A stretch of DNA of 64,000 nucleotides, from NCBI RefSeq assembly GCF_000150275.1, contig NW_002060947.1, forward strand, positions 356,695 to 420,694, in the 5' to 3' direction. The DNA is from Trichoplax adhaerens (lineage: Eukaryota > Animalia > Placozoa). Made by a program: the position numbers and the translations under genes. Under the pieces are notes generated by a model. That model was not told where the DNA came from, did no database searches, and saw only the letters and a program-made list of their open reading frames with translations. Every line of letters begins with the position of its first letter. The first letter of the stretch is position 1. Below, piece after piece: positions 27,901-42,229 of this stretch.

Positions 27901-30900
27901 TCACTACTAACTCTGTAAGCATCATATTTTAATCTGATAATTTACTGATATTTTCATGGCTGTATCCAATTTAAGAAAATTTCAAATAGCCAAAGACATA
28001 AATTTAACGTACAATTTAAATCGGTTTCGTGATAATTAAGATCAACGTAACAAAACGTGAATAATGATGATAGTTTATGCAATTGAAGGTTAATTCAATA
28101 TCGGTGTAGTAATTTTCTGGATAATTGCTTAATCTATAAAATTGACCTGCGTTTCAATAGGGATTTAAGCCAGCAATTTATCAAGACCTTACCATATACT
28201 GCATTAAAGCCAATGACTAAACTATACAGTACACTGTAAGTTATCAGAGTATTATGAACTAACGAAGATAGCGTTTGTTATGGTAATCTTGGGTAAAATA
28301 TTAGAATTCCTAATTAAATGGTTTCGCGCATACATTTTTAAATCCGATTTTATTGATTATCATCATCTTCAACTGGAATTAACTACAGAAATCTTGAAGT
28401 TAATTCCATTACATCCCTTGGACAAGGCCAGTTTCAGATACCAAGTTTGCAAATTTTGTAAGCTTATATTGAGTAACATTTCATAATTTTTTATCCTAAT
28501 TAGCAAATTGTTTTATTTAAAGCTTTTAAGTAATATGACCTAACATTTACTTCTAAATTCATCAAGGTTAATGAACAGTAATAAACTCTCCTCAATTAAT
28601 AAAGCTGACTTTAAAGGGCTACCTAAACTACAAATACTGTAAGTATACATTTACAGTTTTAGGAAATACAATAACCTAATAGATATGAAATGCTATTTAC
28701 CATCCGTACTATGGTACAACAAGCTAGAATATCAAATATTACCTGTGATAACTACCAGTAAAAATTTTAAAGAATTAAATACTAATCACATTTACATGCT
28801 CTCAGAAACTTAGATTTTAATCAAATTGTCAATATCGGAGAGGCAGGGTTTAATGCTCTACCTGTACTAAATCAATTGTAAGTCATTCTTGTAATGTTGT
28901 ATTTTTACGATCCCTATAAGAACTTTATTTTATAAAATGCCTGACTTGCGAATCAGAAGCTAATGTAAACAATAATTGTGATTATTGAGTAAAGTATTTT
29001 AACCTAGCACCTATTTACTAATAACTAATTCTTTCAAATAGACGAATAAGTCACAATGCTCTTCGCATGATTCCTGCAACTTCATTTTCTAATTCTCCAA
29101 ATATTCAGTTGCTGTAAGTTAACTGCTTGTTGATTGGATTCAACATGCTCTAATCTTTACGAAGACGACAGGCTACTAGCTTATGTAAAATACTAATGCC
29201 AGAATTATATTTCTAAAATATTAAATATGTAGATCAATTTTAAAAAGCAAATCTTATATCTAAAGACTACAATATAATATACTACAATTCCTCCTTTAAA
29301 TTTCTTCCTTTGTGTAGCGATTTAAGCTATAACTACTTTGGAGGAAGCCTTAGCTTAGCTTTACCATCTCCAAACAATATTACAAAGCTGTAAGAGCATT
29401 TCTAATTGTTGATAACGTTTAAAACTCCTTTTATCGTATCGGAATATTCTCGAGTGTATAATATCTATAAGTTTCTAAATTAGAATAATTGGAAAATACT
29501 TGATAATATATAACGAAACTAAATTTGACGATAATAGAAAATATAAACCAATGTAAAAAAGGAAGCAACCATACTAATTTGTCCTATTCCTGGATATAGA
29601 TATCTGAATGGCAATTATTTCAATTCCATTCATAAAAATACTTTCCAGCATATGGCAAAGTTAATAAGCCTGTAAGCATTAATTTAATGCTACTTCTAAA
29701 TGTATACTTGTGTGTGTCTGCTAGTTCTAATGATAGTAAGAAGGTCAAAATTGTGACATACGAATATATTACAGTCATGCTATGATTTCATGATTTTATT
29801 TCATAATTTAACTTCAGCTTGTGAATTGACTCAATCTATTTACGGAATTGTAATATTAGGGACATATCATCTAACTGCATCGATCAAATTGCAGATGATG
29901 CATTTTCAAATTTGAAGAGTCTTATATCCTTGTGAGTACTAATATAAGCAATTATCAAATTCAATTTACAGATGATTTTTGAGGCATATAGAAGTGAAGT
30001 TGCTTATTTAGGATAGGTTTCAGTTGTAGATTTCGTAAAATCGTAAATAACAATTCCTGATGATTTTAAAATTTAATTCAGCATTTCAGACAACGCTAAC
30101 TTGTATATTGCATACAGTACCAACTTATTTTTTAAGTTTAAGCTTAAAATCTAATCATATTCCAATTACTAAGCTTGTATTACGAAGTGATGAGAGCAAT
30201 TTAATATTAAAGCAAACTAATTGATTCGAAATATCTACTAGTGTCGCAAGCTGATATCAATATTTCCTTTCTACGAAATCTGAACTGACTTAAATTGCAT
30301 ATTTTCACTGTCAATCGGATTCAATGTACCGTTCTCTTTGCATACTAGTACATAAATCTATCACATATTCAATATAATAGCAATTATTTTAAAGTAGAAT
30401 TACATCTTTATTAGTGATAACCGATATGAGAAGACGAATATTGATCTTATATTTTGCTATTTTGTAAAGAAATTTAATGAACAATGCTTTGAATGCTATT
30501 CATTCGAACACATTTAATGGCTTAAATCAATTGCAAAATCTGTAAGTTGGAAATATAGCAGCGATTAAATATGAATCTGAAGCTATGTCTTCAATGGGAA
30601 ATCTCATGTTACAGTAAAACAAAACAATTCCAATTGCTATGCGCTTACGATATCTTTAGTTGCACCAATTAATGGAATATATTGATTACACAATTAAGTA
30701 ATCAATTTTTTAATTTAGCTGCTGTGTAAAACTATTTAATCTTAAAGTCCCATTTCAATCTGCATTCAAAAATTTAGCAAAATTGAAAATAATCCACTAG
30801 CTTGTGTGCCCGCTCAAGCATTTTTGAAACTATCACAATTATCGATTGTGTAAGTATTGCAATATAAACAAAAACAGAGCTTCGAAAGCTAGTTCCATCT

Positions 30901-31100
30901 TTTCCGCTTATCGAACGTAAAATTTCATGTTTAATTCAACAATTAGTTATACGACATTTTATCAAGTCTGCTGTCAACTCCCAACTACTGTAACTTGCGA
31001 TTATGTTGGCGCCTTTAATTGTTCTGAACATCAACTGCCAAATTCTTGTGCAGGCAATAATTCTAATGCAATTCTATCTCGTTGTAAACTATTGAGGTGA
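24990..31100 (+). CDS. Extracellular LRR protein 3 (signal peptide, LRRNT, 14 LRRs, 6-Cys cap; terminal exon uncertain)
   Basis: Signal peptide 24990-25041 (MKTVQLVILLIFFQAQT). LRRNT 26832-26943 (QCPKKCKCIFGQVSCS). LRR exons start at 27154, 27388, 27633, 27843, 28161 (75 nt), 28389 (69 nt), 28567, 28806, 29042, 29318, 29600, 29860, 30470 and 30778. Cap 30947-31096 (FYQVCCQLPTTVTCDY...SRCKLL). Read-through of the last donor gives AGG TGA (stop ends 31100). No clean in-phase stalk/GPI exon was found downstream. Confidence 0.82.
25590..25935. repeat. Degenerate ~170-bp tandem duplication in intron 1 of LRR gene 3
   Basis: ataaatctcaatgcattcctttaacgtattaacga...aatctatt...cttttaagaacatttt versus ataaatctcaatggattcttttaatgcattaacga...aatctatt...cttttaaaaacatttt. 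Confidence 0.75.
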
Positions 31101-33131
31101 GACTGCAGCCATGAAAATACTAAAGGATCGCACTTAAATCATTGCAAGTTTCAATCTAGTAGGAAGACCTTATCCAATCAATTTACTTATTTATATCGTA
31201 AAATCTATATACTATTGTAAATCATATAGCGAGCGCCATTTTCTTGAGTATAGTGGTTACAATCTCGGAAATCTTGTATCTTAAGAAATCAATCTTACAT
31301 TTAAATATTTCAATTAAATTTACTTATCACAGTGGCTATTTATACTTTGTAGATAAAGCCTAAAATATCTACATCAGCTTTTGATTTTCATGCATGAAGA
31401 ATAGCAGGATAAATTTGATTTTAATGCAGTCTAGATTGCTGCAATTTTGATCAGGGAATTATTCTGCTTGTTTCATTATTTGCGCATATCCATTTTTATT
31501 TTACATGGCTGATTCATTAAATGAAGTTGATCGTACCTTATTTGTATGGCGATAGTAAACTGCCTCATATAATTTCTAAAAATAATTTATCTATATTTTC
31601 CTTACCGTTTTGAGAGTCCGTTTATTGTACACTCAAGCTATCTAATACGAATGAATAGCGTTTCTTTTGGTGATACAAAATCGAAGAGTTGATTTACGAA
31701 ATATGATCTAAGTCAACAAAATCGAACTTTAGTAGTGTAGTAAGTAGTCTTCGATAGACCAAATGACTCTTAGAAAGAGTAGATGAAACTACTTTTGGCA
31801 AGATCTCTGAGCTAACCCTTATAGGTAAATGGTTATCAACAGATTCTTACGTATGCTCTTTCACGTAAACTTTGTCACAGCAGCTACTTTTAAAATTATT
31901 CTGGAACAATTCTACTTCTTCATTTATTTCAGGCTTATGCATCGTGACGCAATTTGTCATTTTTCTTATTATTCTTGTTCTTTAGACTGTATTATAATCA
32001 ACACTAACCGAAGTAATATTTGATAATGTTAATCCAATCTATTGACTATTCCTATTGCAATTGATACAATTTATAAGGACAACAGCAATTAAAGTAACTA
32101 AACTCGATAGCAAAGGAAAATTACTATATTTACCTTTAATGTAATCTATTATAGCTGTTATTAAGCCAATAGCTGATTCTAACCACTGTAAAGTTAATTA
32201 TCGTGCGATATTATAGCAATATGACTAGTGCAAAATGATAACGTGGTTACAGACAAAATAGAAAGCTTTTATACTAGAAACTGAAAATTAACCATCATTA
32301 ATTTAGTTGAAGTCTTCCTTTAATCCTGAAATCTATAAGAAATACTACAAGCTATCGTTTATGCCATTAAGTAGTGCTATAATTCATCAGATATCTTTAT
32401 TCATGGATTTAAATTTTTAAATATCGTTAAAAATTGAAAAATAATCTCGTATAATTTAGCATTATCACTTATAGATGCTGTTTACTTTATTATTCTTACA
32501 AAATATAGTGTGCGGTATATTACGTAAAACTCATATCCAGAGACAGTTCTTTTTTATTATCTACGATGTCGTGAAGTGTCATTTTTATCTTTCTNTATGA
32601 CGTGAAATAATAATAAATATCACTGTNTAAATTTTACAGTATTAAAAAACATAGCTAAGGCTAATTAAATCATCACAGCCAATAAACATACTATCCATAA
32701 CATAAAAACATCTATATGCCATGAAGCGTTATTTTTATGATTCATTTTGATGTAAAATAACAAACATCATTGTTTAAATTCAGCAGATGGGTTAATTAAA
32801 TACTTCAAATATGATAATACTCAATTATTTTAATAATGATATAGAAGCTGCTTCATCGATAGTCTGTATTAGAACAATGCATAATGTCAGATAGCGACGT
32901 GTCATTATGATACCATTATACAATGGAAATGATTATGCCCATATCAATTCAAGAACTAATTAACAGTTCAATTCAAGGTATTCCATCTGTGACTACTAGA
33001 TGTTAATATCCAGTACTAATTATTAATTGTCCCCTCAACGATAATATCAAGCACTCATTCAGGACATGTTACCAAGGCTTCAATTGGTATAAGTGATTTA
33101 CAGTCTAGCAGTCCCAGACCTACATCTAAAA

Positions 33132-36100
33132 ATGGCTGTCATATCTATCCGGAAGATTGCTGCTATCATCTCTTTCATCGTGTTATATCTATCGTCAGGT
33201 TATCTATTAAATGTATATCGTAGAAATTTTATATCCGATACTATCATCACCCTTTACTTTAAGATTGAAAGTTTTTACTGCGACATAATTGATTGTTAGA
33301 CCTTTAAACGCGACGGGAAGATTTTGGTGTGCTTTAAGAAGTATTTATGATAACAATAATAATGCGTATACAGTAGGGTTTCGTTCACGTATCATTTTTG
33401 TGTCAACTTACCGATGTCCATCAGCTTTATCACGTAGAATTGTACGTATTGATTTTACAAATAGCGTTATCTGCTTTGAAAGATTTGATTTATTCACTAT
33501 GCTACCCTGGAAAGGATAATTTAAGAAAAACAAAATGGTTAAATCTAATACAGATTAATTGAATATTGACCAAGAAATTTATAATTGCGCCCAACTTGCC
33601 ATGCTTAATTTTCTCTACCTACTTTATAGTACGTCACTTTTCAATCAAATAGCGAGTGCTATAATTGATAATATAAACCGTTAAAGCAAAGTTGAGGATT
33701 ATATGCTCCTAAAATAAATTTGGTTCAATTTTAGCACTAATGTTATAATAAAATATTCTCAATACATAATTCGAGGAAATTGAATCTACCTATTTCATGA
33801 TTTGAAATACATAATAATCCTATCAGATATGGAAAATTTTAACATTTTTATCCGGTATCAAATGGTTACTCGATAAGAAATGACGATATACCGGCATTTA
33901 AGTTGATTTATTTGAATCAATCCAGTTTATCCTAAAATCAGTAAACTATCTACTCGACAGATTAATATTAATCACCGCTATGGCACAGTTGTAAATATTT
34001 CTGGGAGCTTGAATTAGTACAGAAGATCTTGCGATTAAAACTTAAATTACACTAAGAAATATCATTGTACTTAAAATTAGAATAGAATATGGAAAGTGAT
34101 AATTGATTTAGACAAGATTATGCGTCCCTTTACACTTCATGGCAGGCAGTATCATGCTGATTATTATTCTATCCAGGGATTCTGATCGTCTTGTCTTAAT
34201 TATTGTTGAATCTTCCTCCTGTACTATCAAATGTCATAAAATCGATTTCCTTAAGTCCAATTTAGGGAGTTGGCTATGCTACCTGTCCGACAAACTTCTA
34301 CTCTTAACTCTATTCTGCCTTTCACTATCTTACTATCTCACGTTGTTCTCATTCTATACTGTAAACTTATATGTATTTTCCTCTATATTGACTTCATTAA
34401 AACTGCTACATACTCCGGACTTTTCAGCACAATTCCTTGCTGATGTAGCGGAACTACAATATTCACAAGCAATAGCATCCAAAAAATATATACACTGTAC
34501 TAACTTCTAGACTGAAGTATCACACGGATGATATTTAGAAACTGCAATCACAGACTGTCTGTCTGAATAAGTATTTCTTGCGCATTCAACGAGTATTTGA
34601 TGCCCTTGACAGAGGCGTTTTTAATCATTAGGGTGTTATTCAGATCTACTATATAAATAAATAAATACGAGATAGTTTAAGTTATAATGATCAATACTCT
34701 TAATATAAATGTAGTAAAGCCAATTCTGAAGGGTCCACAATAAATCAGTTGTCACGGTAGTGAATCTACCGTGATGAATGATAACTTACTTAATTTAGAC
34801 ATGTATATGTATCACGTTACGATAGTTATTAATTTGGATATGTACACGAATTATTTTATGACTTAATATGGCCGATACAAACCTATTCCTTAATACAGGT
34901 TAAATTATACTAAATATGGTACATGAATTGTCAATGGTAAATTCTATATAAATCCTATTAATTGTAAGCTAGGGCCAACATAAAGTTAATCTATAGTAAT
35001 ATTAAAAATTCATTGGATTAGACTAGGAATAATTTAATGTATTCATGAAGTCTTATTGGTCGAAATATATCACACATCGTAAACTGGTTTTATTGCTAAA
35101 AAAGCTATTTAAATGATTGATTTTGAATATTAAATTAGACTTGCATTTTCTAGAATAAAGATATAGTTAGAAGATTCTGAAAGTGCATTTCTCAGTTATT
35201 GTTACTTATATTCATTAATTTACAGCCAGAATAATCACGTGGAATAAAATATAGTTCTCCTCGATTCCATATTCCTAGCGCATATAAATGTGCGATTTTT
35301 CACAATTTCTACGAAATTTGCTGCATCTATTGTTACTCAAGCATAAAAAGAAAACAAATTATTTTAATAAAGATAATAAATTTACTTATTTGATCGAACC
35401 ACGTTCACAAGATTTCTATCTCCAAGTTACCTACGAAGCTTTGTCATACTACGAAAGTACAGTTCCTATTTATTTTATTACTTTAGTATATAATATAATG
35501 ATTTTGTCGATACTGTTAATAATATCATACCTACAGTAGTCATTATCAATCGAGTCCATCTGTTATTCTTTGACCTATACAATAAAATTCTTCGCGTTTA
35601 CTTTCCTGTAGATTTGATACAGCCTATTAACATATCAAGTCAGATCTTTGTACAATAATATGAAGCCAGACGCAATCTTATTGAGTAATAATAATGATAA
35701 TAGTAGTGAATAGCCACATTAAAACCATTTCAGTAACGATTTTTGAATCATGAGATCCATCGATACAATTTGAAAATTAAAAATTTTAAAAATCTTAATT
35801 ATAAATCTTAGTAAGTTACAGTATTATCGTCTAGAGGTAAATACAATATTACTAAGTTCGTATTCAGCCTTGCTAATTACGTAATTAGTCTAAAATCTGA
35901 CATTTAGCCACCCTATCCTTATCAAATCTCTAATTCTCCCAACTAAAATAAAGTGTTAATCAATAACAATCTCGGTACTTTGCCATGATTTAGACGTAAT
36001 CTTTCTGCTTTCCGGCCATACAGAACATTTAAACCTAGTATTATAGAACTAATATATACTAAGACCGGCCTTCAATATCAAGGCCAAGTCATACAATAAA

Positions 36101-39100
36101 GTAACTAAAGCCTACTTAAGTATGTTGAAGACTAATTGCGTAGCAATATAGTGGATTGATTTAAGTGTATAGGCTTTATTAAACTTAATGCAAGCTGATA
36201 TTGACTTCTGGCTATAGCAATAATTCACAAATCTTTTCATAGTAGATGATCCTGAACTTGCTAATTAAATTTTGATGCATTATCTTATCATCTATATCAA
36301 GTCAAAATAAATATATAAATTACCTTCTTCATTCTATGCAGTGCGTTCACAATGTCCAGCTTCCTGCCACTGCAACACCACTCATGTAGTTTGTTCTATA
36401 GTTAAGGCAGTACCGATACCAAAGCAGAATATGTCAACAATTCAAGTTCTGTAAGGCAATATATCTTGTGTACTTATTCCTACAGCAATCATCGCTTAAT
36501 TAATAATTATACTGCGTTATAATAACATGAACCAACAAAATAAACATGAAATTAAAACACACTTTTCAAATTTCCTTTCGCCAATTTAGATCAATTCCTT
36601 TCTCTTCTATTGCCTACGTTACTCAAGACAACTTTGCCAAATATTCAAATTTACAAACTATGTAAGAAATTTGTAAATAAAATAAATGGAACATTAAGTA
36701 AGCAATAAATGATAATATCCACTGCAATGGTATTCGATTTTCTGTAGGAGCAAAAAATACGTACTTAAAGCTTATCTCACGAACATTCTGCTATTCGTAT
36801 TGCTGCAGAAATGATAGAATTATTATAATTAATTCTCAATTAAATAAATAAATAAGTGTAGTTTCTACAAAATTCTACTTATTGTCAGCTATTACTCAGC
36901 AATCAACATTTCAATACGTAATATTTTGAAATAGAAAGCTTTAACTTTAGATCTGAATCTTGTGACGTATAAAAAAATACTATTTTTATTCTACTAAACT
37001 AAAGCTGGCACATTTTGGCCTTGTTTAATATCGGAAACTGATTAGTACAATTTAATATTCTTTAAGAGATTTAACCGGAAATCAAATAACCAAAATTGAA
37101 AGTAATGTCTTTTCTGGATTGCATTTATTGACTCGCTTGTAAGACAATACACCATTTTTTCAAGATAAACTTTTTAACATTACAATTAGCATATTCCCTT
37201 AGTGACAGTTGTTCACTCTGTAGTATTATATAAGTATCGATATAATATTATCGACAGAATATTCTATCGATACAATGCGTATTACGTTTATTTCTTGATC
37301 TTAAGGCATAATTGATATGAAAAAAATGAGTAAGAAATTAAATCCTTTGCTATCAAAATTTAGAAATTTAGGAAACAATGAAATAAATTCACTGGAAGAT
37401 GGAGCATTTACCGATTTGGCATCTCTAGTAGTTTTGTAAGTAAAATTAAATGCATTTTAAGAGAAAGATAAATGCAAAGGCATATAGTACAATTAATCTA
37501 CACGATAAGAAGGCTATCAAATAGCAATTATTTTAATATTTATTAGTGATAGTCAATTTTAAAATATGACTTGGTATTATGACATAGAATTCTGAGAACT
37601 AAGTCAGATTCAGCTACTATGATCTCATTGATATTCGATTCTGCTTTAAGAAGAATAAAATACTCCTTATTAAATAAAATGCATATATAACATAATAACA
37701 TAATTAAAGCAGATTTCGAAAGAATCTATCAAGAAGTGATGTTACAACATTTTAATACCACAAGCTTCTCTAATAACTCAAGAGCAACTGAGATATAAGG
37801 GAAAAGTTCGTAGTAGCAGTACATATAGAATAAAATATGTACACTTTTACAAGGTATTCAGTAAATAAGTCTTACAAACGATGCCTGAAGTTGTTTTGAT
37901 TAATCATAGTATTTTCGTAATTTCTGTACTCTACATTTTCCATTTTTCTTGATAGTAAAACTGACTGCTTTGCTAATCCTTGATTTTGTTTTTGAGAATA
38001 AACATAATTAATTACATCATAATCTTTATAAGCAAATTCATTTGAGATATTGGTATTCATTTAGCATTTACTGTATAGCAAAGAATAGTTGACCAATTAT
38101 CCAAAATTTTAGGGATTTATCTTTTAATTATATCACTACGATATCCGAAGCGAAATTTAATCTACCAAATTTGCGCACTTTGTAAGTTGGTCTTAAATAA
38201 TTATGTTTTAATTGCAAATTGTATGAGCGTATAATTAATTATTCCCAAAAAATTAATTTTAAATTAGACTGTAGTATTAGCATTAAGGTTGAAAATCTGC
38301 TAGTACAGCAATTTGAAATTCATAAACGATTCGAATTTATCTTCTGCAAGCATCTTATTTCCAAATGATCGTTTGCATAAAATCTAATTTTCTTCTAGAT
38401 ACCTAGCTATCAACAATATTACTCATGTTAAGAATGATTCCTTCGCTGGATTACCAAAGTTAAGGCAATTGTAAGTCACTTTTATTGGCCATAATGATTG
38501 TTACCTAAATACTACAAAATATTTTTTATTATAATGCTTGAGTAAAGGATCTAAAATGTACAACTTATGCTCATTTCAAGATCTTGAATTAATTCATGAT
38601 GTGGCTTTCGTAATAATATGCTACAGCTTATTCTAAGTGTTTATTCAAACCCAAAATTGAAGGGTTCAGTTTCAAATTTTAATTTATCTCAGCGATAGAC
38701 ATCTCAACTCTTGAAAACCTACTAATTATCGCCAATAAATGCAAACTCTAAAATTTTACATCATAACACCCTGTATCTATTACTGCTGCGATGAAATGTG
38801 ATATTAATTCTGTATATTAAACGACATTGAAGATTATATAATTCTTAAGAAATTAATTTATCTAGTGTTAATATCTAAAACTGATCAATTTCGGAATTAA
38901 GGTGGTTTCAGAATTACATTAAACATTTGCATGTGCATTAAAAGTACATTAGAACAATTCTACCTTTTTAAAATTTTATCAAACCTATCTTTAAATTTTT
39001 AACCAGGCATTTACAAGGACAATTGCTAGGGTTGCCAGAAATACCATATATTGCGTTGAAATCACTAGAGAATTTGCTAACGCTGTACGGACCTAAAGTT

Positions 39101-42100
39101 AAACACTCTTTCCCGCATTTAGCTACAATATTCTATTTTCACTTTATGCGTCCATATTAAACTGTAATATTCTATTTGTTCTTCATACCATAGACATGTA
39201 CTGATAGTGTGATGTATATCTCATTTTTATATCTTATATCTTATATCTTACCTTACTCTTATATATATTATACTTACATCCTGATAATTATAATATCCTG
39301 TTCACGTTCAGTTTTATTATTAAATTACTCTTCATTTAATGATCTGCATATATCTAAGTTAATATCAAAGTTGTTATCCTTTGACAACGTATATAATATT
39401 ACAATCTACTTCAAATTATTTAGAAATATTGGATTTAACAATATCCTTGCATTAGGGGAAGGAAAATTGAATTTATCCAATCTGACGGTATTGTAAGTAG
39501 TATATTTAGAGTTTTTTAGAGTTTTTCCGTAAACAATGTACTGATAAGTAAATTAATTCTATAACATCCTGAAAGAGAAATCTACAGTACAAGAAATGAG
39601 ATAAGAACTTTTCTTGTATTTTAAAGATATAAAAAGCATTTATTCCATATTACTTACTTTTGATTATATAAAAGACAAACTTAAACTTTAAATAAGAAAA
39701 TTTAGTTTGTGCGTTATTTTTTTGAATCTGCTGTAGGAATATCGTCAATGGGCAGCTTACAGCTATTAAGAAAAGAGATTTAATTGGTATTTCAACTATA
39801 CAGAAACTGTACGTATTAAACCTCAAATTTTTCTTGCATGTTCATTGCATTGACTATTGATACAACGTACGATGGGATTAAAATTTTATTGCAATCCTCT
39901 ATTGATACGAAACTATCCTTTTCATAGCAATTTGGAATACAACAATATAGCCTTCATCGATAGCGATGCTTTTAAATCCTTGATCAAGTTAAAAGAATTG
40001 TAAATAATATTGATATCACTAGTTTTCACGATAGATTACATAATTGCTGATTTTTTTAATTATATAGTTGATATATTATTTCTGCCAATAGAAATCTAGA
40101 GGGCAACAATCTTAAATCACTTCCTAGACACCTTTGGTCAAGCTTTAATAATCTGAAAATCTTGTTAGTATCACAGTTAATAAATTATGGATAAAGCTTT
40201 TAATCACCACTTATTAATTTAGTTGCCAAGAACTGCTGCAAGTTGAAAGTACTACAATATCTATATTATGCAATTGTAATATAGTATAAGGCAATTTAGT
40301 TAGATCAAAATACTGCCAGTTCGGCAGTTTGTACGTCATTCATTTTACTACTTTACGTATAATTTTATATCGGCTTTCTTTACTATTTTAATTAGAAACC
40401 TAAATACCAATCAATTGAACGTTATTTATGCACAAAACTTTCATAATTTAGCATCACTATCTAACCTGTAAGTGAAGTTAAATATGCTAATACCCCTTGC
40501 TTTACTACAAGATATCGTAGCATTGCACAGGAATCCGAGTAGATAATGTTCTTTAACATATTTTGATCGTTCATTCCCACTATAACAGCTATTTAGCGCG
40601 CAATTTCATTTCCTGGATTGAAGACAATAGCTTTCAGGACCTCACTAGTCTACAAAATTTGTAAGGAAATGAATTTACCTTATACATGACAGTTATAAAA
40701 TCTATGTTAGAATGAGATAATAATTACTGGAGCATGATTTAATTCCTATTATTCGATACTTATTTAAAAAAATGTATAATACATTTTCGTTTACGTTACT
40801 AATCCAATTCCTTTAAATCCATTTCTAACTAAGAAAATACTAATACCCTCTTAAATTTGAGTTTATCTTACGAAATTCCAAGATCAGAAATTAATTTATT
40901 CAATTTCTTCCAAATTGATATTCTAGAGATTTAAGGCATAACACTATACGAAATATAACTAGAAACACATTTTTCGGTTTACGTGGACTGCATATACTGT
41001 AAGTCATAGCATCATATTTATCTTATTTTATAATAAGCTGAAATGTCTTTAAAATTAGTACTAATAGTGTTGGACAGCATTTAAATATAAAATATCAATT
41101 TTGCTAATTTACCAATACGAAATGATAACCAGTTGTCTAATAGCTGTAAAATTTGTTGCTTATTAAACGAATACAGAACTCTAACCGAAAATTGTATTAA
41201 GATCATCTATGAGGATGCATTTATTGCGCTGGAAAACCTGACATCCTTGTATGTAACTGACATAATAGAATAAGCAGATTTGATTTTAATAACAAATAGC
41301 TATTTCTTCTCAAGGTATCTCAATAGTAATGCCTTACAAGCTATCCATAACAATAGCTTCAACGGATTAAAAAACTTAAAATATCTGTTAGTGTCTGATA
41401 TACATTTTCTCCTTCGCATCTATTTTACATTTAAATCCTTCAATTCTTTTTTTATCTATAAATGCAACATAAATTATAGGGCCATTGAATATAATCCTTT
41501 ACGGTGTATCTCTTCAAATTCATTTTCTAATATGACAAAATTAAAGACATTGTGAGTACTATTGATTCAAGAAGGCATTTACTTGCGCAACTATAATTAT
41601 TTTCCAGAATCAAAAACCAATCGATAGTAACTTATTTTAGAAGTACCAATTTTCCAACATCGTGCTGTCAGCTATCACCCAAAGTTGCATGTATTACTTC
41701 ACAAGCGACGAATTGCTCTCAATCTATTCCAACTGCCTGCAACATTTTAACAACACCAAATTCTATCCAATCTGGTCACTGCAGAGTCAGGTAATAGTAT
41801 GTTTTTGGCTGTATTGACTACAAATCTAGAGTAAACTAACAGTACTTGACTTGACCTTTAAGTTGTTTTACATTTAATCTGGGACTAGAAATTGCTAAAC
41901 TAAAATTCTCAAATATAAATCTAATGTACAAGTACATAAGTGCTCTATTTAGTATTTTTCAAATACTTGATTAACTGTAAATTGTAAAGTGTATTACTTC
42001 TATCTTATTATTTTTATAACCATTAAGAAGATCTTACTTTATTCTACTAAGCTATTTTATTTTTTATAGCGTTCCTTCTACTCATTTTCCTTCAACTCAA

Positions 42101-42229
42101 AATACAGTATCACCAACAACAGATGACGCAATTTCGATCATATCGTTTGCCAATTACATTAGTATTCTATTTTCATTTTTGCTTTCCAGGGTGCTAACAG
42201 CGCAAGATCCAATTCATATTTCGTTGTGA
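33132..42229 (+). CDS. Extracellular LRR protein 4 (signal peptide, LRRNT, 16 LRRs, 6-Cys cap, stalk, hydrophobic tail), ~545 aa
   Basis: Signal peptide 33132-33198 (MAVISIRKIAAIISFIVLYLSS). LRRNT 36342-36450 (QCPASCHCNTTHVVCS). LRR exons start at 36590, 37067, 37364, 38113 (69 nt), 38399, 39007 (78 nt), 39424 (69 nt), 39737, 39928, 40092, 40396, 40589, 40927, 41177, 41315 and 41480. Cap 41641-41790 (STNFPTSCCQLSPKVAC...GHCRV). Terminal exon 42070-42229 (VPSTHFPSTQNTVSPTTDDAISIISFANYISILFSFLLSRVLTAQDPIHISL*). Confidence 0.86.

Noticed and set aside
34139-34510. 123-aa plus-strand ORF
   Set aside because: No recognisable motif, intronic, and low-complexity hydrophobic composition typical of spurious ORFs.
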